A stretch of DNA of 64,000 bases, taken from a virus. This document shows positions 18,859 through 27,673 of this stretch, piece by piece; position 1 is the first letter of the stretch; every line of letters starts with the position of its first letter. The notes under the pieces are model-generated. The model saw only the letters and a program-made list of their open reading frames with translations. It had not been told where the DNA came from and did no database searches. Where the stretch lies: IMG/VR virus record IMGVR_UViG_3300046792_000467; one strand, written 5' to 3'. Position numbers and translations under genes: made by a program.

Positions 18859-19094
18859 CACTGCTCCTCTGTCCTTTGCGTTCGCCGCCGCCAAAACGGG
18901 TCGTACGCGAACGGGATATCGATCCATCGGAGGCCGTCGGTGCCGGTGAACGCCCTCGCATTCTTGGCCTCTGGGCCACCATGCGCACGAATGATCGCGT
19001 CCGCCTCTGGTGTCCAGCGGACGTACAGATCCGACTGGTGGTGGTCGAGCTGCTGTCCGGCGGCCTTGAGCTTGTCGTACAGACTTGCGCTCAT
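18858..19094 (-). CDS. hypothetical protein (78 aa)
   Basis: Internal Met MSASLYD preceded by AGGAAAGGAGAG (Shine-Dalgarno-like). Confidence 0.5.
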   Translation of the reverse strand: MSASLYDKLKAAGQQLDHHQSDLYVRWTPEADAIIRAHGGPEAKNARAFTGTDGLRWIDIPFAYDPFWRRRTQRTEEQ

Positions 19095-19184
19095 CGAACT
19101 CTCCTTTCCTGAACCGTGCGGCAGCGGGGGTCGTTCGAGTAGAGCCCCGGTACCCCGCGATTTAGCGCGAGCAGGTTGCATTGG

Positions 19185-19556
19185 TCACCGTCCTTCCGAT
19201 TGCGCATCCTTTCGGGACACGAGCGTTCCTCCTGTAGTCTCGCACCATTCCCTAAGCGCGAGAAGCGGGCGTTCTTTCACGAACACCAGATAGAGACAGG
19301 GCGCCGCCCAGCACTCCCGCCCGGCGCGACCGCAGCCCGGGCAGGGCTCCCCTTCTGACAGTCCGGCGTGCAGCTCGTGACCCTCCAGGAAGCGACGGTG
19401 GTGACTCTTGATTGCGACCTCGACCTGTGTCCAGAACACCCGGTAGCTTGGGTGCGCTCCGATCAGGTAGCGGAGCTTCTTGCGCAGGCGCAGGAGCGAC
19501 TCCTCGAGCCCGAGCGTGGCGATCCAGTCGTTGGCGAGCTGTTCGGGTGTTTTCAT
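19185..19556 (-). CDS. hypothetical protein (123 aa)
   Basis: ORF track. Confidence 0.5.
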   Translation of the reverse strand: MKTPEQLANDWIATLGLEESLLRLRKKLRYLIGAHPSYRVFWTQVEVAIKSHHRRFLEGHELHAGLSEGEPCPGCGRAGRECWAAPCLYLVFVKERPLLALREWCETTGGTLVSRKDAQSEGR

Positions 19557-20209
19557 TGTACCTCCGTCATGAATCGCTCGAGATCGATGAAGTCCGGAGA
19601 GCAGCGGTAGAGAGAGCGTAGCGCCATCGCCACTCGCTCAGTCTCTGCCGAGAATGCGTCCCATTGCGTCCGCACACTCGAGCCGCGCAAACTACTCTTC
19701 GCCAGTCCCAGTTTATCCGTTATTGCGTCCGACAGTGCGCCGGTCGCGAGGCCTATCTCATGGTAGGCGCACGAGGCCGGCGTGGCGCAGCACAGTCGGA
19801 GGTACCCCTGGTGCACCTCCTTAAATCGGCCGAATGCATGCGACCCCTCCCGCGCCGGCAGCCCCAGTCGGTCACGCAGCACCTGATCGCAGTAACTGGA
19901 GAACTTCCAGTATACGCCGTGCGGCTGCAGCAGCAGCGCTCCGCTGGAACCTCGGGGCGCCCAATGCCCCGCAGCGTAGACTGCTGCAGAGGCGAGCGCG
20001 AGCTCCTCCGAGGAGAGCTTCTCGAAGAGTGAACGAAGCAACGGAGCGGTCTCGGGCCATTGCGCATCTAGCGACTCGGGGTCTTGCCCGACGGATGCCG
20101 CGTGCCCATACATCACGCGGCCGAGCAGGTATTGTGCCTGCTCGGACAAGCTACCCCAGGCCGGCTCCGCCAGCTCCTTGTACGCTCGCTCGAAGTCGAA
20201 TTCTTTCAT
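19553..20209 (-). CDS. hypothetical protein (218 aa)
   Basis: ORF track; overlap-coupled. Confidence 0.5.
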   Translation of the reverse strand: MKEFDFERAYKELAEPAWGSLSEQAQYLLGRVMYGHAASVGQDPESLDAQWPETAPLLRSLFEKLSSEELALASAAVYAAGHWAPRGSSGALLLQPHGVYWKFSSYCDQVLRDRLGLPAREGSHAFGRFKEVHQGYLRLCCATPASCAYHEIGLATGALSDAITDKLGLAKSSLRGSSVRTQWDAFSAETERVAMALRSLYRCSPDFIDLERFMTEVQ

Positions 20210-20212
20210 GGC

Positions 20213-20608
20213 TCATTTCCCCTTTCGGCACTCGGCCCCGTCCGCCACTCCGCGAAGGTACGCTTTCATCTCGGCCAGCGTCATCCGCTCGTGGCGCCCT
20301 CCGAAGCTGGGCTGCCCGGTACCGCTCTCCGTGAGCACGCCGAGCGTGTAGCGGGCCGCAGGGCCACCGGCGTGGCCATTGTTGTCCATGACGAGGCACT
20401 CACCGGACGGTGGGCGCCACACGGAGAACGGGCAGTAGTAGCCGGTCACCTTGGCTTCTTTGGAGTGACCCGGGAGAACCTCACCCTCGCGGACGAATTT
20501 CCCGACCGGAACGCCCCATGCGCGAGCGCGCTCCTCGTTCACGCCCACGACACCGCGATCGGTCGCCTTGGCGGCGGAGAGCAGGAGAGCTTCGAGTTCC
20601 TTGTTCAT
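20213..20608 (-). CDS. hypothetical protein (131 aa)
   Basis: ORF track; GAGGAGG Shine-Dalgarno sequence upstream of the ATG at 20608. Confidence 0.55.
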   Translation of the reverse strand: MNKELEALLLSAAKATDRGVVGVNEERARAWGVPVGKFVREGEVLPGHSKEAKVTGYYCPFSVWRPPSGECLVMDNNGHAGGPAARYTLGVLTESGTGQPSFGGRHERMTLAEMKAYLRGVADGAECRKGK

Positions 20609-20790
20609 GACGGTGCAACCTCCTCAAGTTGGATGCGTACGCGTAGGCCGAGGCCTTTCGGCCTACGCGTAATTTTACTCATGATGGTCACGCCTTCTTG
20701 GTGCGTGCACGGCGTTGCCGTCAGGTATTCTTTGCGGCCCGTGCGTTCGTTGATCGCCACGACGTGGTACAGGCGCGTCGCGTCTTTCAT
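20605..20790 (-). CDS. hypothetical protein (61 aa)
   Basis: Internal Met MKDATR with ATGA overlap to the upstream stop; its 3' half contains the 14-bp perfect hairpin. Confidence 0.4.
   Translation of the reverse strand: MKDATRLYHVVAINERTGRKEYLTATPCTHQEGVTIMSKITRRPKGLGLRVRIQLEEVAPS
20638..20671. other. perfect 14-bp stem / 6-nt loop hairpin
   Basis: TACGCGTAGGCCGA-ggcctt-TCGGCCTACGCGTA read directly; followed on the plus strand by ATTTTAC. Confidence 0.6.
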
Positions 20791-21077
20791 GGGACGTCCC
20801 TGGAGTCGAGCTGGCCCACAATCGTGCAATTCGCCGCGTTGATCTTGCGCCACTTCAGCATTGGGTCCGCCGCTAGCTCCGCCGCCGTGAAGTCCTCCAG
20901 AGACTGACGAGGTTCGTCCACTGTGACGAATACGGAGCCGCTACTCCACTGCTTGACCTCAAGAACGGTCCACACCTTGCTGCCTTCGCCACCTACGGCT
21001 TGGCCGGTGTCCCGGAGAAACTTACCCGAGAGACGGACCCGGACCCCAGGCTCGAAGTGTCGGAACGCGCGCGTCAT
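20787..21077 (-). CDS. hypothetical protein (96 aa)
   Basis: ORF track; overlap-coupled. Confidence 0.5.
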   Translation of the reverse strand: MTRAFRHFEPGVRVRLSGKFLRDTGQAVGGEGSKVWTVLEVKQWSSGSVFVTVDEPRQSLEDFTAAELAADPMLKWRKINAANCTIVGQLDSRDVP

Positions 21078-21463
21078 GACGCCCCCAGGTTCAGCCCGCG
21101 CTCGGCCGCTTCGTTCTTCTGACGGCAGAGGTCCGCCAGCTCCGCTCTATAGACTCGGATGAGCCGATCCGCTTCGATGACGCCGAACGCATCGTCCTGC
21201 AGGGCAGCCGTGAACGTTCCAGCGGCGCAGCCGAGGCTATGAGCAATGCGCCACGACGGACCCATGTACGGGCAGGCGAGCCTCGCACAGTCGGCGTACC
21301 CTTTGAGGTATGCCATTGCGACGAGTGCTTTCTCTTGCGTCTCGGCGCTGTGCGCGCCGCACCCCTTGATGGCCTCGTCGAAACCCGTATCGTAGAGGGG
21401 CAGTCGTCCGAATTCGGACCAGAACTCCCGCAACGTGCGAAGTGTGCCGCTACTGATCGTCAT
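21074..21463 (-). CDS. hypothetical protein (129 aa)
   Basis: Internal Met MTISSG with ATGA overlap to the upstream stop. Confidence 0.5.
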   Translation of the reverse strand: MTISSGTLRTLREFWSEFGRLPLYDTGFDEAIKGCGAHSAETQEKALVAMAYLKGYADCARLACPYMGPSWRIAHSLGCAAGTFTAALQDDAFGVIEADRLIRVYRAELADLCRQKNEAAERGLNLGAS

Positions 21464-21825
21464 GAGACCACCTTTCCCTCCTGAGCCACGAGATCCACCC
21501 CACCGTAGGGCTTGCACGCCTTGGACAATCGCTCGCCTAGCTCGCCTAAGCCGCGATCCCAAAACCCCGTGCCGTGGCCGTTGCGCGTCAACCAAAAGTC
21601 ATGGCCGCACTGCCCCGCGTCGAGCTCGGACAAATCCTCGAGATTCGACTCCACGAAGTCCGCGCAGTCTTTCGTGAGCTCCGCCAGGAGCTTCTCGTCA
21701 AAGTCGCCCGTGTCGTAGTTCTCATCCAGGGGCGACCCCTCGCCGTTCTCGTCACAGTCCGTTGAGGACCACAGGGCGCACTCGAGAAAGGCCTCCACAA
21801 ATTCGGGCAAGTCGTCCAGTGTCAT
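21460..21825 (-). CDS. hypothetical acidic protein (121 aa)
   Basis: Internal Met MTLDDL with overlap coupling. Confidence 0.5.
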   Translation of the reverse strand: MTLDDLPEFVEAFLECALWSSTDCDENGEGSPLDENYDTGDFDEKLLAELTKDCADFVESNLEDLSELDAGQCGHDFWLTRNGHGTGFWDRGLGELGERLSKACKPYGGVDLVAQEGKVVS

Positions 21826-22133
21826 GGGGTACGCTCCTCTCTCAATCCGCCGAGTTTGCCCCGTCGGAAGCTTTTGCCGCCTTCCCACGTCTCGACCACG
21901 TATTCGGCCAGCGTCGCGGCGTACCTACGCGCCGCGACGAGCCCGCGGCCAAGATCATGCCGTGCGTTCGGGATCGGTCCCTGAACGTAGAAAGCCCAGT
22001 TCCACGCGGCATGCCTGCCTTGCGCGAGTCCGCATCGGGTGCCGTCGAGCCTGTAACGGATGACGCGGGCAATCTGCCCCACCCCGACGCGTTCTTGGGC
22101 CGCTTGGTAGGGTGTGTAGACTTTGAGTGCCAT
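21822..22133 (-). CDS. hypothetical protein (103 aa)
   Basis: Internal Met MALKVY. Confidence 0.45.
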   Translation of the reverse strand: MALKVYTPYQAAQERVGVGQIARVIRYRLDGTRCGLAQGRHAAWNWAFYVQGPIPNARHDLGRGLVAARRYAATLAEYVVETWEGGKSFRRGKLGGLREERTP

Positions 22134-22162
22134 AGCGCTTGGTCTCCCGTTGAACCTGCAGC

Positions 22163-22594
22163 TCATGAGGCTCGCGAAAACGCGCGCCCACCAGATAGAG
22201 TGTACTCGCCCACAATGGGCTCCCCGATGCCAGGCCTGCAGCGCGCCGAGAGACACTTGCGCGGTTCGCCGGCAACGCGCCGGATGACGGGGCGTGGTTC
22301 GGCCGGGCGCTTCCCTTCGCCGAACACGTAGAAGCTCCGCGGATCTGGGGGCGCGACGCGCGCCATGGCATGAGCGATCGCGCCGTTCATGTCCCGCACT
22401 CGGGCCGGTCCGACGCGCAGCACGGGTGCCGCGACAGAGGCGAGCGACCGTGCGCCGCGGTCAGTCACCGCGAAGACGACGATCGTGCGACCGTCGGAGA
22501 GAGATACTGACCAGGAAAGGAGCGTGCGGCCATTCGCTTGCGCCGTGCGGATTGCCCGGGCTTGCTCGGTCGCGAGTTTCGTTTCGGGGTTCAT
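22163..22594 (-). CDS. hypothetical protein, first gene of the leftward block (alternative start 22654)
   Basis: ATG at 22594 lies 10 nt downstream of the left arm of the 20-bp inverted repeat. The longer start at 22654 would put that arm inside the coding sequence. Confidence 0.45.
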   Translation of the reverse strand: MNPETKLATEQARAIRTAQANGRTLLSWSVSLSDGRTIVVFAVTDRGARSLASVAAPVLRVGPARVRDMNGAIAHAMARVAPPDPRSFYVFGEGKRPAEPRPVIRRVAGEPRKCLSARCRPGIGEPIVGEYTLSGGRAFSRAS

Positions 22595-22604
22595 GCCGTA
22601 CTTG

Positions 22605-22778
22605 GCCAGGAACAGGGGCGGGCCCTCTTCGGGACCGGGGGCTCGAGCCCTCATACGTTAACATAATGTTGTTTTTCCCAACGCTATACCATACCCGCGT
22701 TACTGTTTGCAATGGTTATCACAACGTGATAGTCTCCTGGCGCGGGACGCGCGGAAAAGGCCCGCCCCTGTTCCTGGC
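22605..22778. promoter_or_regulatory. divergent control region bracketed by a perfect 20-bp inverted repeat
   Basis: GCCAGGAACAGGGGCGGGCC (22605-22624) and its exact reverse complement GGCCCGCCCCTGTTCCTGGC (22759-22778) flank a 134-bp relatively AT-rich spacer between the leftward and rightward gene blocks. Confidence 0.7.
22717..22731. promoter_or_regulatory. operator-like palindrome TATCAC-AAC-GTGATA
   Basis: Perfect 6-bp arms read directly. It lies between a TTGCAA (22707-22712) and a TAGTCT (22730-22735) that could serve as -35/-10 for the rightward block. Confidence 0.4.
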
Positions 22779-22782
22779 GTAG

Positions 22783-23541
22783 TTGGGTGCCATGACGAAC
22801 CTGATGAAAACGGTCCCTGTGATTCGGGAAGCCGGTTACGGCGAGGAAGCCGGTTACTTGTTCTCCTTCGGTGCCTACGGCACGACGCATGTAGCGGTGC
22901 TCGGAGGAAGCCTGGAAGACGGGCTCGAAGCTTGCCAGGAATGGCTCGACGACAACGCCCCGGGCCTCCTCCACACTGTGAGCGAGGAAGACTACGCGGA
23001 CGCGGCCAAGGAACTCGGTCTCGAGTGGCCGTCAGAAGACGAGGACATCGTCTCGAAGGTTACCGAGCAGGCCGAAGCCGACATGACCATGGTCGGCCAC
23101 ACGACGTTAGAGCACGGGAACTGTATTCCGTCGTGGGAGTGGCACGTTCGAGATCTGGACGCCGCGGAGCTCGCAACGCTCATGCACCGGTTCTGCCGAG
23201 ACTGTGAGAGCGAGCTGAAGGAGAACGAGACGACGCTGTGCGCCGGGTGCATCGCGTTCCTGGTCACTGCCGTCGCGAGTGACTTGCGCGTGGAACGAGC
23301 GGGCCTCTCCCCGGAAGACTTCCCGGACGAGTATGACGGATGCGACGTGCGCCTACAGGTTTCCAAGTGGGGGAGCGATTGGGCAATCCGTGTGGGCGAT
23401 GCGAGCTACGATCAGGACCACCGCGGCGATTGGGGAGCGAGCTCGATCCGTCCGGACGACACGGATGCGGCAATCCGCTCCGTGGCGGAAGACTTGGTCG
23501 ACCAAGCGCTCGAAGCGGCTGCAATGAATGAGGAGGCCTAA
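22783..23541 (+). CDS. hypothetical acidic protein, first gene of the rightward block (alternative ATG 22792)
   Basis: ORF track. Confidence 0.5.
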   Translation: MGAMTNLMKTVPVIREAGYGEEAGYLFSFGAYGTTHVAVLGGSLEDGLEACQEWLDDNAPGLLHTVSEEDYADAAKELGLEWPSEDEDIVSKVTEQAEADMTMVGHTTLEHGNCIPSWEWHVRDLDAAELATLMHRFCRDCESELKENETTLCAGCIAFLVTAVASDLRVERAGLSPEDFPDEYDGCDVRLQVSKWGSDWAIRVGDASYDQDHRGDWGASSIRPDDTDAAIRSVAEDLVDQALEAAAMNEEA

Positions 23542-23544
23542 CCC

Positions 23545-23769
23545 ATGAAGCCCACGGATCGCTTTACTCCGGGACGATGCAACTACTGCAACGCTGCGTC
23601 GGTCGTCATGTTCCAGTACCAATCATACCTCGCGAGCTCACGGCCAGGGCGCCGCTGGCAGAAGCTCACTGTCCGCGCATGCGCGGAGCACGAAGGCTGC
23701 GTGAACTGGAACTCCATGCGCACCCTGCACCCGCATCGTCCTCTACTCCGCATCGCGAGGGCATCGTGA
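23545..23769 (+). CDS. hypothetical protein (74 aa)
   Basis: ORF track. Confidence 0.45.
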   Translation: MKPTDRFTPGRCNYCNAASVVMFQYQSYLASSRPGRRWQKLTVRACAEHEGCVNWNSMRTLHPHRPLLRIARAS

Positions 23770-24077
23770 GCGACTTTACTGACGCGATCGAACGGTGCGG
23801 GCTCCACTCTCTCCACGGTTTCAGCGTGGGCGCTTGCCCGGGGTGCGCCACATGCGGGCTCAGTGACGAGCCCACGGAGGAGGAACGTTGCCTGGCGGAC
23901 GAGGCGCACTTCTCGTGGCGCCGCTGCCCCGGATGCGGCTCTACCTTCGGTGGCGATCGACACCCGGCGCACTACCTCGACAGTGACAACGAGATCAACC
24001 ACACGGAAGTGTGTACGGATTGCCTGTACCTGGCCGCCAATGGCGACGAGCCGGAAGAGTGGAGCCAACACCCATGA
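23766..24077 (+). CDS. hypothetical Cys-rich protein (103 aa)
   Basis: GTG start with GTGA overlap; several CxxC pairs. Confidence 0.45.
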   Translation: MSDFTDAIERCGLHSLHGFSVGACPGCATCGLSDEPTEEERCLADEAHFSWRRCPGCGSTFGGDRHPAHYLDSDNEINHTEVCTDCLYLAANGDEPEEWSQHP

Positions 24078-24235
24078 GACAACCTCACCCTGGCTACGAG
24101 GCGGACAACGAAGCTTTCCCGGAGGAATGGAGCACGAGCCGGCTCGCCGCGCTCCGCGGTGCAATCGGATTCACCCGCATGCGACGCCGCAACGGCTCTT
24201 TCTCCCTGTTCGACTACGTCGAGGCCAAGTCATGA
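24074..24235 (+). CDS. hypothetical protein (53 aa)
   Basis: ATGA overlaps on both sides. Confidence 0.4.
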   Translation: MRQPHPGYEADNEAFPEEWSTSRLAALRGAIGFTRMRRRNGSFSLFDYVEAKS

Positions 24236-24552
24236 ATCAAACTTTCTCGTCCGGCCAGACCCCTGACGACGTCATCCGCGCAGCGGTGCGCAAGCAGTGT
24301 CCGGACGGGTACCCAATGAGGATCCGGTCCGCGCGTGAGTGGGCCGCGATCGCAGTGGCGTGGAACCAAGGGATCGACGCTCACCTAGAAGCGCTCACTG
24401 AGCGCTCCTCGGCGGACGGCAGCACTGGCGAGGTGCTCGTTCACCCGGACGAGCTCCACGTGCTCCTTCGTCGGTTCGCCGAAAGCGGTGACGAGGAAGC
24501 GGAGTCACTCCGTAGCTGCATTCTCTCTGCGCTGGACATCGAGGAAGTCTGA
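24232..24552 (+). CDS. hypothetical protein (106 aa)
   Basis: ATGA overlap with the upstream stop. Confidence 0.5.
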   Translation: MNQTFSSGQTPDDVIRAAVRKQCPDGYPMRIRSAREWAAIAVAWNQGIDAHLEALTERSSADGSTGEVLVHPDELHVLLRRFAESGDEEAESLRSCILSALDIEEV

Positions 24553-24565
24553 ACGACAGGAGCCC

Positions 24566-24889
24566 ATGATGCAGTTTTCCAATCACAAGAACGAGGTGGA
24601 GCGGCAGATCATCGTCCTTCTCGTCGAGGACTGCCTCGCCGCCGGCTACGCGCTCGGCGTCAACGACGGAGAAGAAACGACGCTCGTCGGGTCCACGGAC
24701 GACGTTGCCATCTTTAATGCAATGTCCACCACTGACGAGGACTTCCTCATCCTGACCAAGGGTGAGGCCAAGGGCTGGATCCGTCTCATCTACGGCAATG
24801 GAGCGGACGTGATCAGCGACTTCACCACGAACATTCCCGAGGCGGTGCTTGCCCGCGCGATCGAGCTTGCAGATAGGTTCCGACGATGA
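24566..24889 (+). CDS. hypothetical protein (107 aa)
   Basis: AGGAG Shine-Dalgarno sequence a few nt upstream of the ATG at 24566. Confidence 0.5.
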   Translation: MMQFSNHKNEVERQIIVLLVEDCLAAGYALGVNDGEETTLVGSTDDVAIFNAMSTTDEDFLILTKGEAKGWIRLIYGNGADVISDFTTNIPEAVLARAIELADRFRR

Positions 24890-25380
24890 CTATCCGACGT
24901 ACAGCCTTCGCTCTCTCCCTCTCACTTCTCGCCGCGGCATGCGGCGGGGCGGACTTCACGGCGGGCCAGTCACCGGACGGGACCCCGAACGCCGTCCCCT
25001 CCGACGCACCAATCGACTCCCCGAACGGGACCGGCGGCTCCGCCGGGGCTCAGGCGTCCACGGGCGGCTCCCCCTCGACGGGGGGCGTCGTGGGCTCCAC
25101 CGGGGGCGCCCAGCAGGGCACGGGCGGCGTGACCGCTACTGGCGGCACGGGCGGCGTCTCTGCAACAGGCGGAGCCGTCGGGACCACCGGCGGCGTACAG
25201 GGCACCGGCGGGGCGCCTAATGCTGGGCTCTGCGGAGCGGCCTTCCAGTGCCCAGATCCGGCGAAGTGCAGTGCCCTGATGGGTGTCTGCTGTCTCGGCG
25301 ACCCGGCGTTCCCGCCCACCGGTTGTGGGTGCGCCTATGCGTCGGGTGACCCGGCTCATCCGGGCTGCCGAGCGGAGTGA
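24886..25380 (+). CDS. Gly-rich lipoprotein with Cys-rich C-terminal domain
   Basis: Signal peptide ending LLAAAC-GGADFT, a Gly/Thr/Ser-rich tract and a Cys-rich tail; paralogue of 12127..12645. Confidence 0.6.
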   Translation: MTIRRTAFALSLSLLAAACGGADFTAGQSPDGTPNAVPSDAPIDSPNGTGGSAGAQASTGGSPSTGGVVGSTGGAQQGTGGVTATGGTGGVSATGGAVGTTGGVQGTGGAPNAGLCGAAFQCPDPAKCSALMGVCCLGDPAFPPTGCGCAYASGDPAHPGCRAE

Positions 25381-25652
25381 TCGCCATGAGCCTGTTCGCC
25401 ACCGTCCACCGGTTCTTCCGGCATCGACAGGAGGACGTGCTTGCGAGGCGTTCCTTCGAGCTCCGTGCGGTGTGCGCCGGCACCATTCCCTGTCCTCACT
25501 GCAAAGACACGGGGCCGCACGAGGACAACGCGGGGCTAGGCGGCGGGCTCGCCTTTCGCTGCCGGTTCTGTCGATCGCTCTTCAAGATGAAGGATTACGA
25601 CTGGGAGTGGGCCTGGAAGCAGCCCCGCTCGGAGAACGGAGAAGAAGCATGA
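25377..25652 (+). CDS. zinc-ribbon protein (91 aa)
   Basis: CPHCKD...CRFC pairs. Confidence 0.45.
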   Translation: MIAMSLFATVHRFFRHRQEDVLARRSFELRAVCAGTIPCPHCKDTGPHEDNAGLGGGLAFRCRFCRSLFKMKDYDWEWAWKQPRSENGEEA

Positions 25653-25758
25653 GCGCGAAGCCCTAGAAGCGTATCGGACGCTTGATTTTCCGGAGCGGCG
25701 CCTCTCCTCCAAGGGACGTCGCCCCGGGCAGTCCAGCCCGATCCAAGGAGAAACCACC

Positions 25759-26136
25759 ATGGCCAAGCAACGCACCATCACTCTCACAGCCGCCTCCCCA
25801 ATCAAGATCAACGAAGAAGCGTGGCCGCTCATCGCCAAGGGCGAGGACTATCCGGGGCAGTACGATTTCCAGGCATTTGATCTTGCTTGGATCAAGGTCC
25901 GGCGCCACGAGGATGGCCGCACGATCGTCTATGGAGGTGCGGGCGATGCCTCGCACGGAGGGCGACCGGAGCGCGAGAATCGTCGCGCAGGATACCTGCT
26001 CACCAATCCGACGCGGACCGTCGAGACTATCCGCATCGTCGTCGAGGAGTTGGCCGAAACCGCGTATTGTTCGGGTCTCGCCGAGGCCGCTGGGCGCCGC
26101 TGCATCGCGGATCTCCCGGCCGAGGAACTCTCGTGA
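25759..26136 (+). CDS. hypothetical protein (125 aa)
   Basis: ORF track. Confidence 0.5.
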   Translation: MAKQRTITLTAASPIKINEEAWPLIAKGEDYPGQYDFQAFDLAWIKVRRHEDGRTIVYGGAGDASHGGRPERENRRAGYLLTNPTRTVETIRIVVEELAETAYCSGLAEAAGRRCIADLPAEELS

Positions 26137-26138
26137 CC

Positions 26139-26348
26139 ATGACGACCTACCGCATCGTCCGCTTTTCGTTCAACAACGGCCGCGAGAACATCTTCGGCAT
26201 GGGCGGGCTCTCGCTCGACGAGGCCCAGGCTCATTGCCAGGATCCCGAGACGAGCAGCAGGACCGCGACGGGAGCGGACGCCTCGCGGCTCACCCGTAAG
26301 ATCGGACCGTGGTTCGACGGCTACGAAAAGGAGGATGACGGCGCATGA
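26139..26348 (+). CDS. hypothetical protein (69 aa; alternative GTG 26133)
   Basis: In-frame ATG directly after the upstream stop. Confidence 0.45.
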   Translation: MTTYRIVRFSFNNGRENIFGMGGLSLDEAQAHCQDPETSSRTATGADASRLTRKIGPWFDGYEKEDDGA

Positions 26349-26623
26349 CCCCCAACACCTGGGCCTTTCTCGCCGGCATTCTCGCCGGCAACATCTTCCT
26401 GCCGGCGCTCCTTTGCCGGCTCCGTCCTGGCGGGCGCTGGGACGGATGGATCGACGGACGTCGCAGCACACCGGCCAAGGGCCAGTTCGTACTTGTCTGC
26501 GAGCCGTCGAGCCAGACCATCCACGGCTACACCTTCGCCGGCAAAGAAGGTGCCACGGCGGGAGCAGAAATCTACTGGCGACCGCCGCCGCGTCCCCCTC
26601 TGCTTTTTCGGAGCCCACCATGA
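26345..26623 (+). CDS. hypothetical membrane protein (92 aa)
   Basis: ATGA overlap; hydrophobic N-terminus. Confidence 0.45.
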   Translation: MTPNTWAFLAGILAGNIFLPALLCRLRPGGRWDGWIDGRRSTPAKGQFVLVCEPSSQTIHGYTFAGKEGATAGAEIYWRPPPRPPLLFRSPP

Positions 26624-26982
26624 AACAGAAGCTGACACTCGAACTCGAACTCGAGGGGACCGCGGACGCCTACGCCGTCGTCGACCGCATCCTCGACGAG
26701 GGCCGCTTCCAGGAAGCGATCGAAGAGTTCGATTCGGACTTCGGGACGGGGCCGCTCCGGGTGCTCTCAGTACAGACGGTCGTTGCGTCCGAGCGGCCTC
26801 ACGCAATGCCGGAAGCGTTGCGCCTCTTCGCTGCCATGTCGACGAGCGAGCGCTGGGCGTACTGGGCGAACCAGTGCACACTCTACGATCTCTTCAAGAT
26901 AGCCATGCCGCCGCGGGACACACATATCCAGCTGGACGAGCTCATCAACACCTGGGTCGGCGACTCGAGCGACCGCGCGTGA
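26620..26982 (+). CDS. hypothetical protein (120 aa)
   Basis: ATGA overlap with the upstream stop. Confidence 0.5.
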   Translation: MKQKLTLELELEGTADAYAVVDRILDEGRFQEAIEEFDSDFGTGPLRVLSVQTVVASERPHAMPEALRLFAAMSTSERWAYWANQCTLYDLFKIAMPPRDTHIQLDELINTWVGDSSDRA

Positions 26983-27242
26983 CCCCTCACCTCTTCCGTC
27001 TCTGGGTGGGCCCAGACCATGTTGCTCTCGTCGCCGACGAGTGCCGCGAACAAGGGCTCTTTGTTCCGTTCGTTGGCTCAGAGCACGTGTACGTCCTCCA
27101 TCAGTCACTCGCCCCCGACTACTCGGAGCACCGCATCGTCCACCTGTTGCGGCCCTACCTCGCTCGTCCGCCCGTGCTCTGGGCCACGCTGACGCACGAG
27201 GACGCGGCGGCTTTGCGCCACCCACAGGAGCACCACGCATGA
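26979..27242 (+). CDS. hypothetical protein (87 aa)
   Basis: GTGA overlap with the upstream stop. Confidence 0.45.
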   Translation: MTPHLFRLWVGPDHVALVADECREQGLFVPFVGSEHVYVLHQSLAPDYSEHRIVHLLRPYLARPPVLWATLTHEDAAALRHPQEHHA

Positions 27243-27673
27243 CAGACAAAAGAACCCGCGCCGAGCTGCTGACCGAGAACTTCCATCTCTCCAACATCGC
27301 CGGCAATCTGGCCAAAGAGAACTCTCTTCTCCGGGCGCAGGTCGACAGCGGGGGCGTCGCGACCCTGCAAGCAACCATCGTCACGCTCGAGGCGCGCGTC
27401 GCTGAGCTCGAGGAGGCCCTCCGCGAGAAAGAGCTGGCCTACTCCCATCTGGCCAGCGACAGCGAGTCGTACGAGCAGGAGGCCCGGGATCTCGGGGAGC
27501 GCGTCGAGCAACTCGAGCAAGCGAGCGACCCGAACGAGATCTGCGATCATGTGCACGAGTTCCTTCGGTCCGAGCACCTCGTACCGGCGGCGCTGGATGC
27601 TCCCCTACGGCTCGCGCCCCACTCGTACCGCGTCGGTCTCCACGAGGCCATCCAGAAAGTCGTCAATCAATGA
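27239..27673 (+). CDS. coiled-coil protein (144 aa)
   Basis: ATGA overlap; heptad-like Leu/Glu-rich sequence. Confidence 0.5.
   Translation: MTDKRTRAELLTENFHLSNIAGNLAKENSLLRAQVDSGGVATLQATIVTLEARVAELEEALREKELAYSHLASDSESYEQEARDLGERVEQLEQASDPNEICDHVHEFLRSEHLVPAALDAPLRLAPHSYRVGLHEAIQKVVNQ

Noticed and set aside
25929-26881. Minus-strand ORFs 25929..26621 (230 aa) and 26321..26881 (186 aa) inside the rightward block
   Set aside because: They are antisense to a chain of overlap-coupled plus-strand genes and have an R/A/G/P-rich low-complexity composition.
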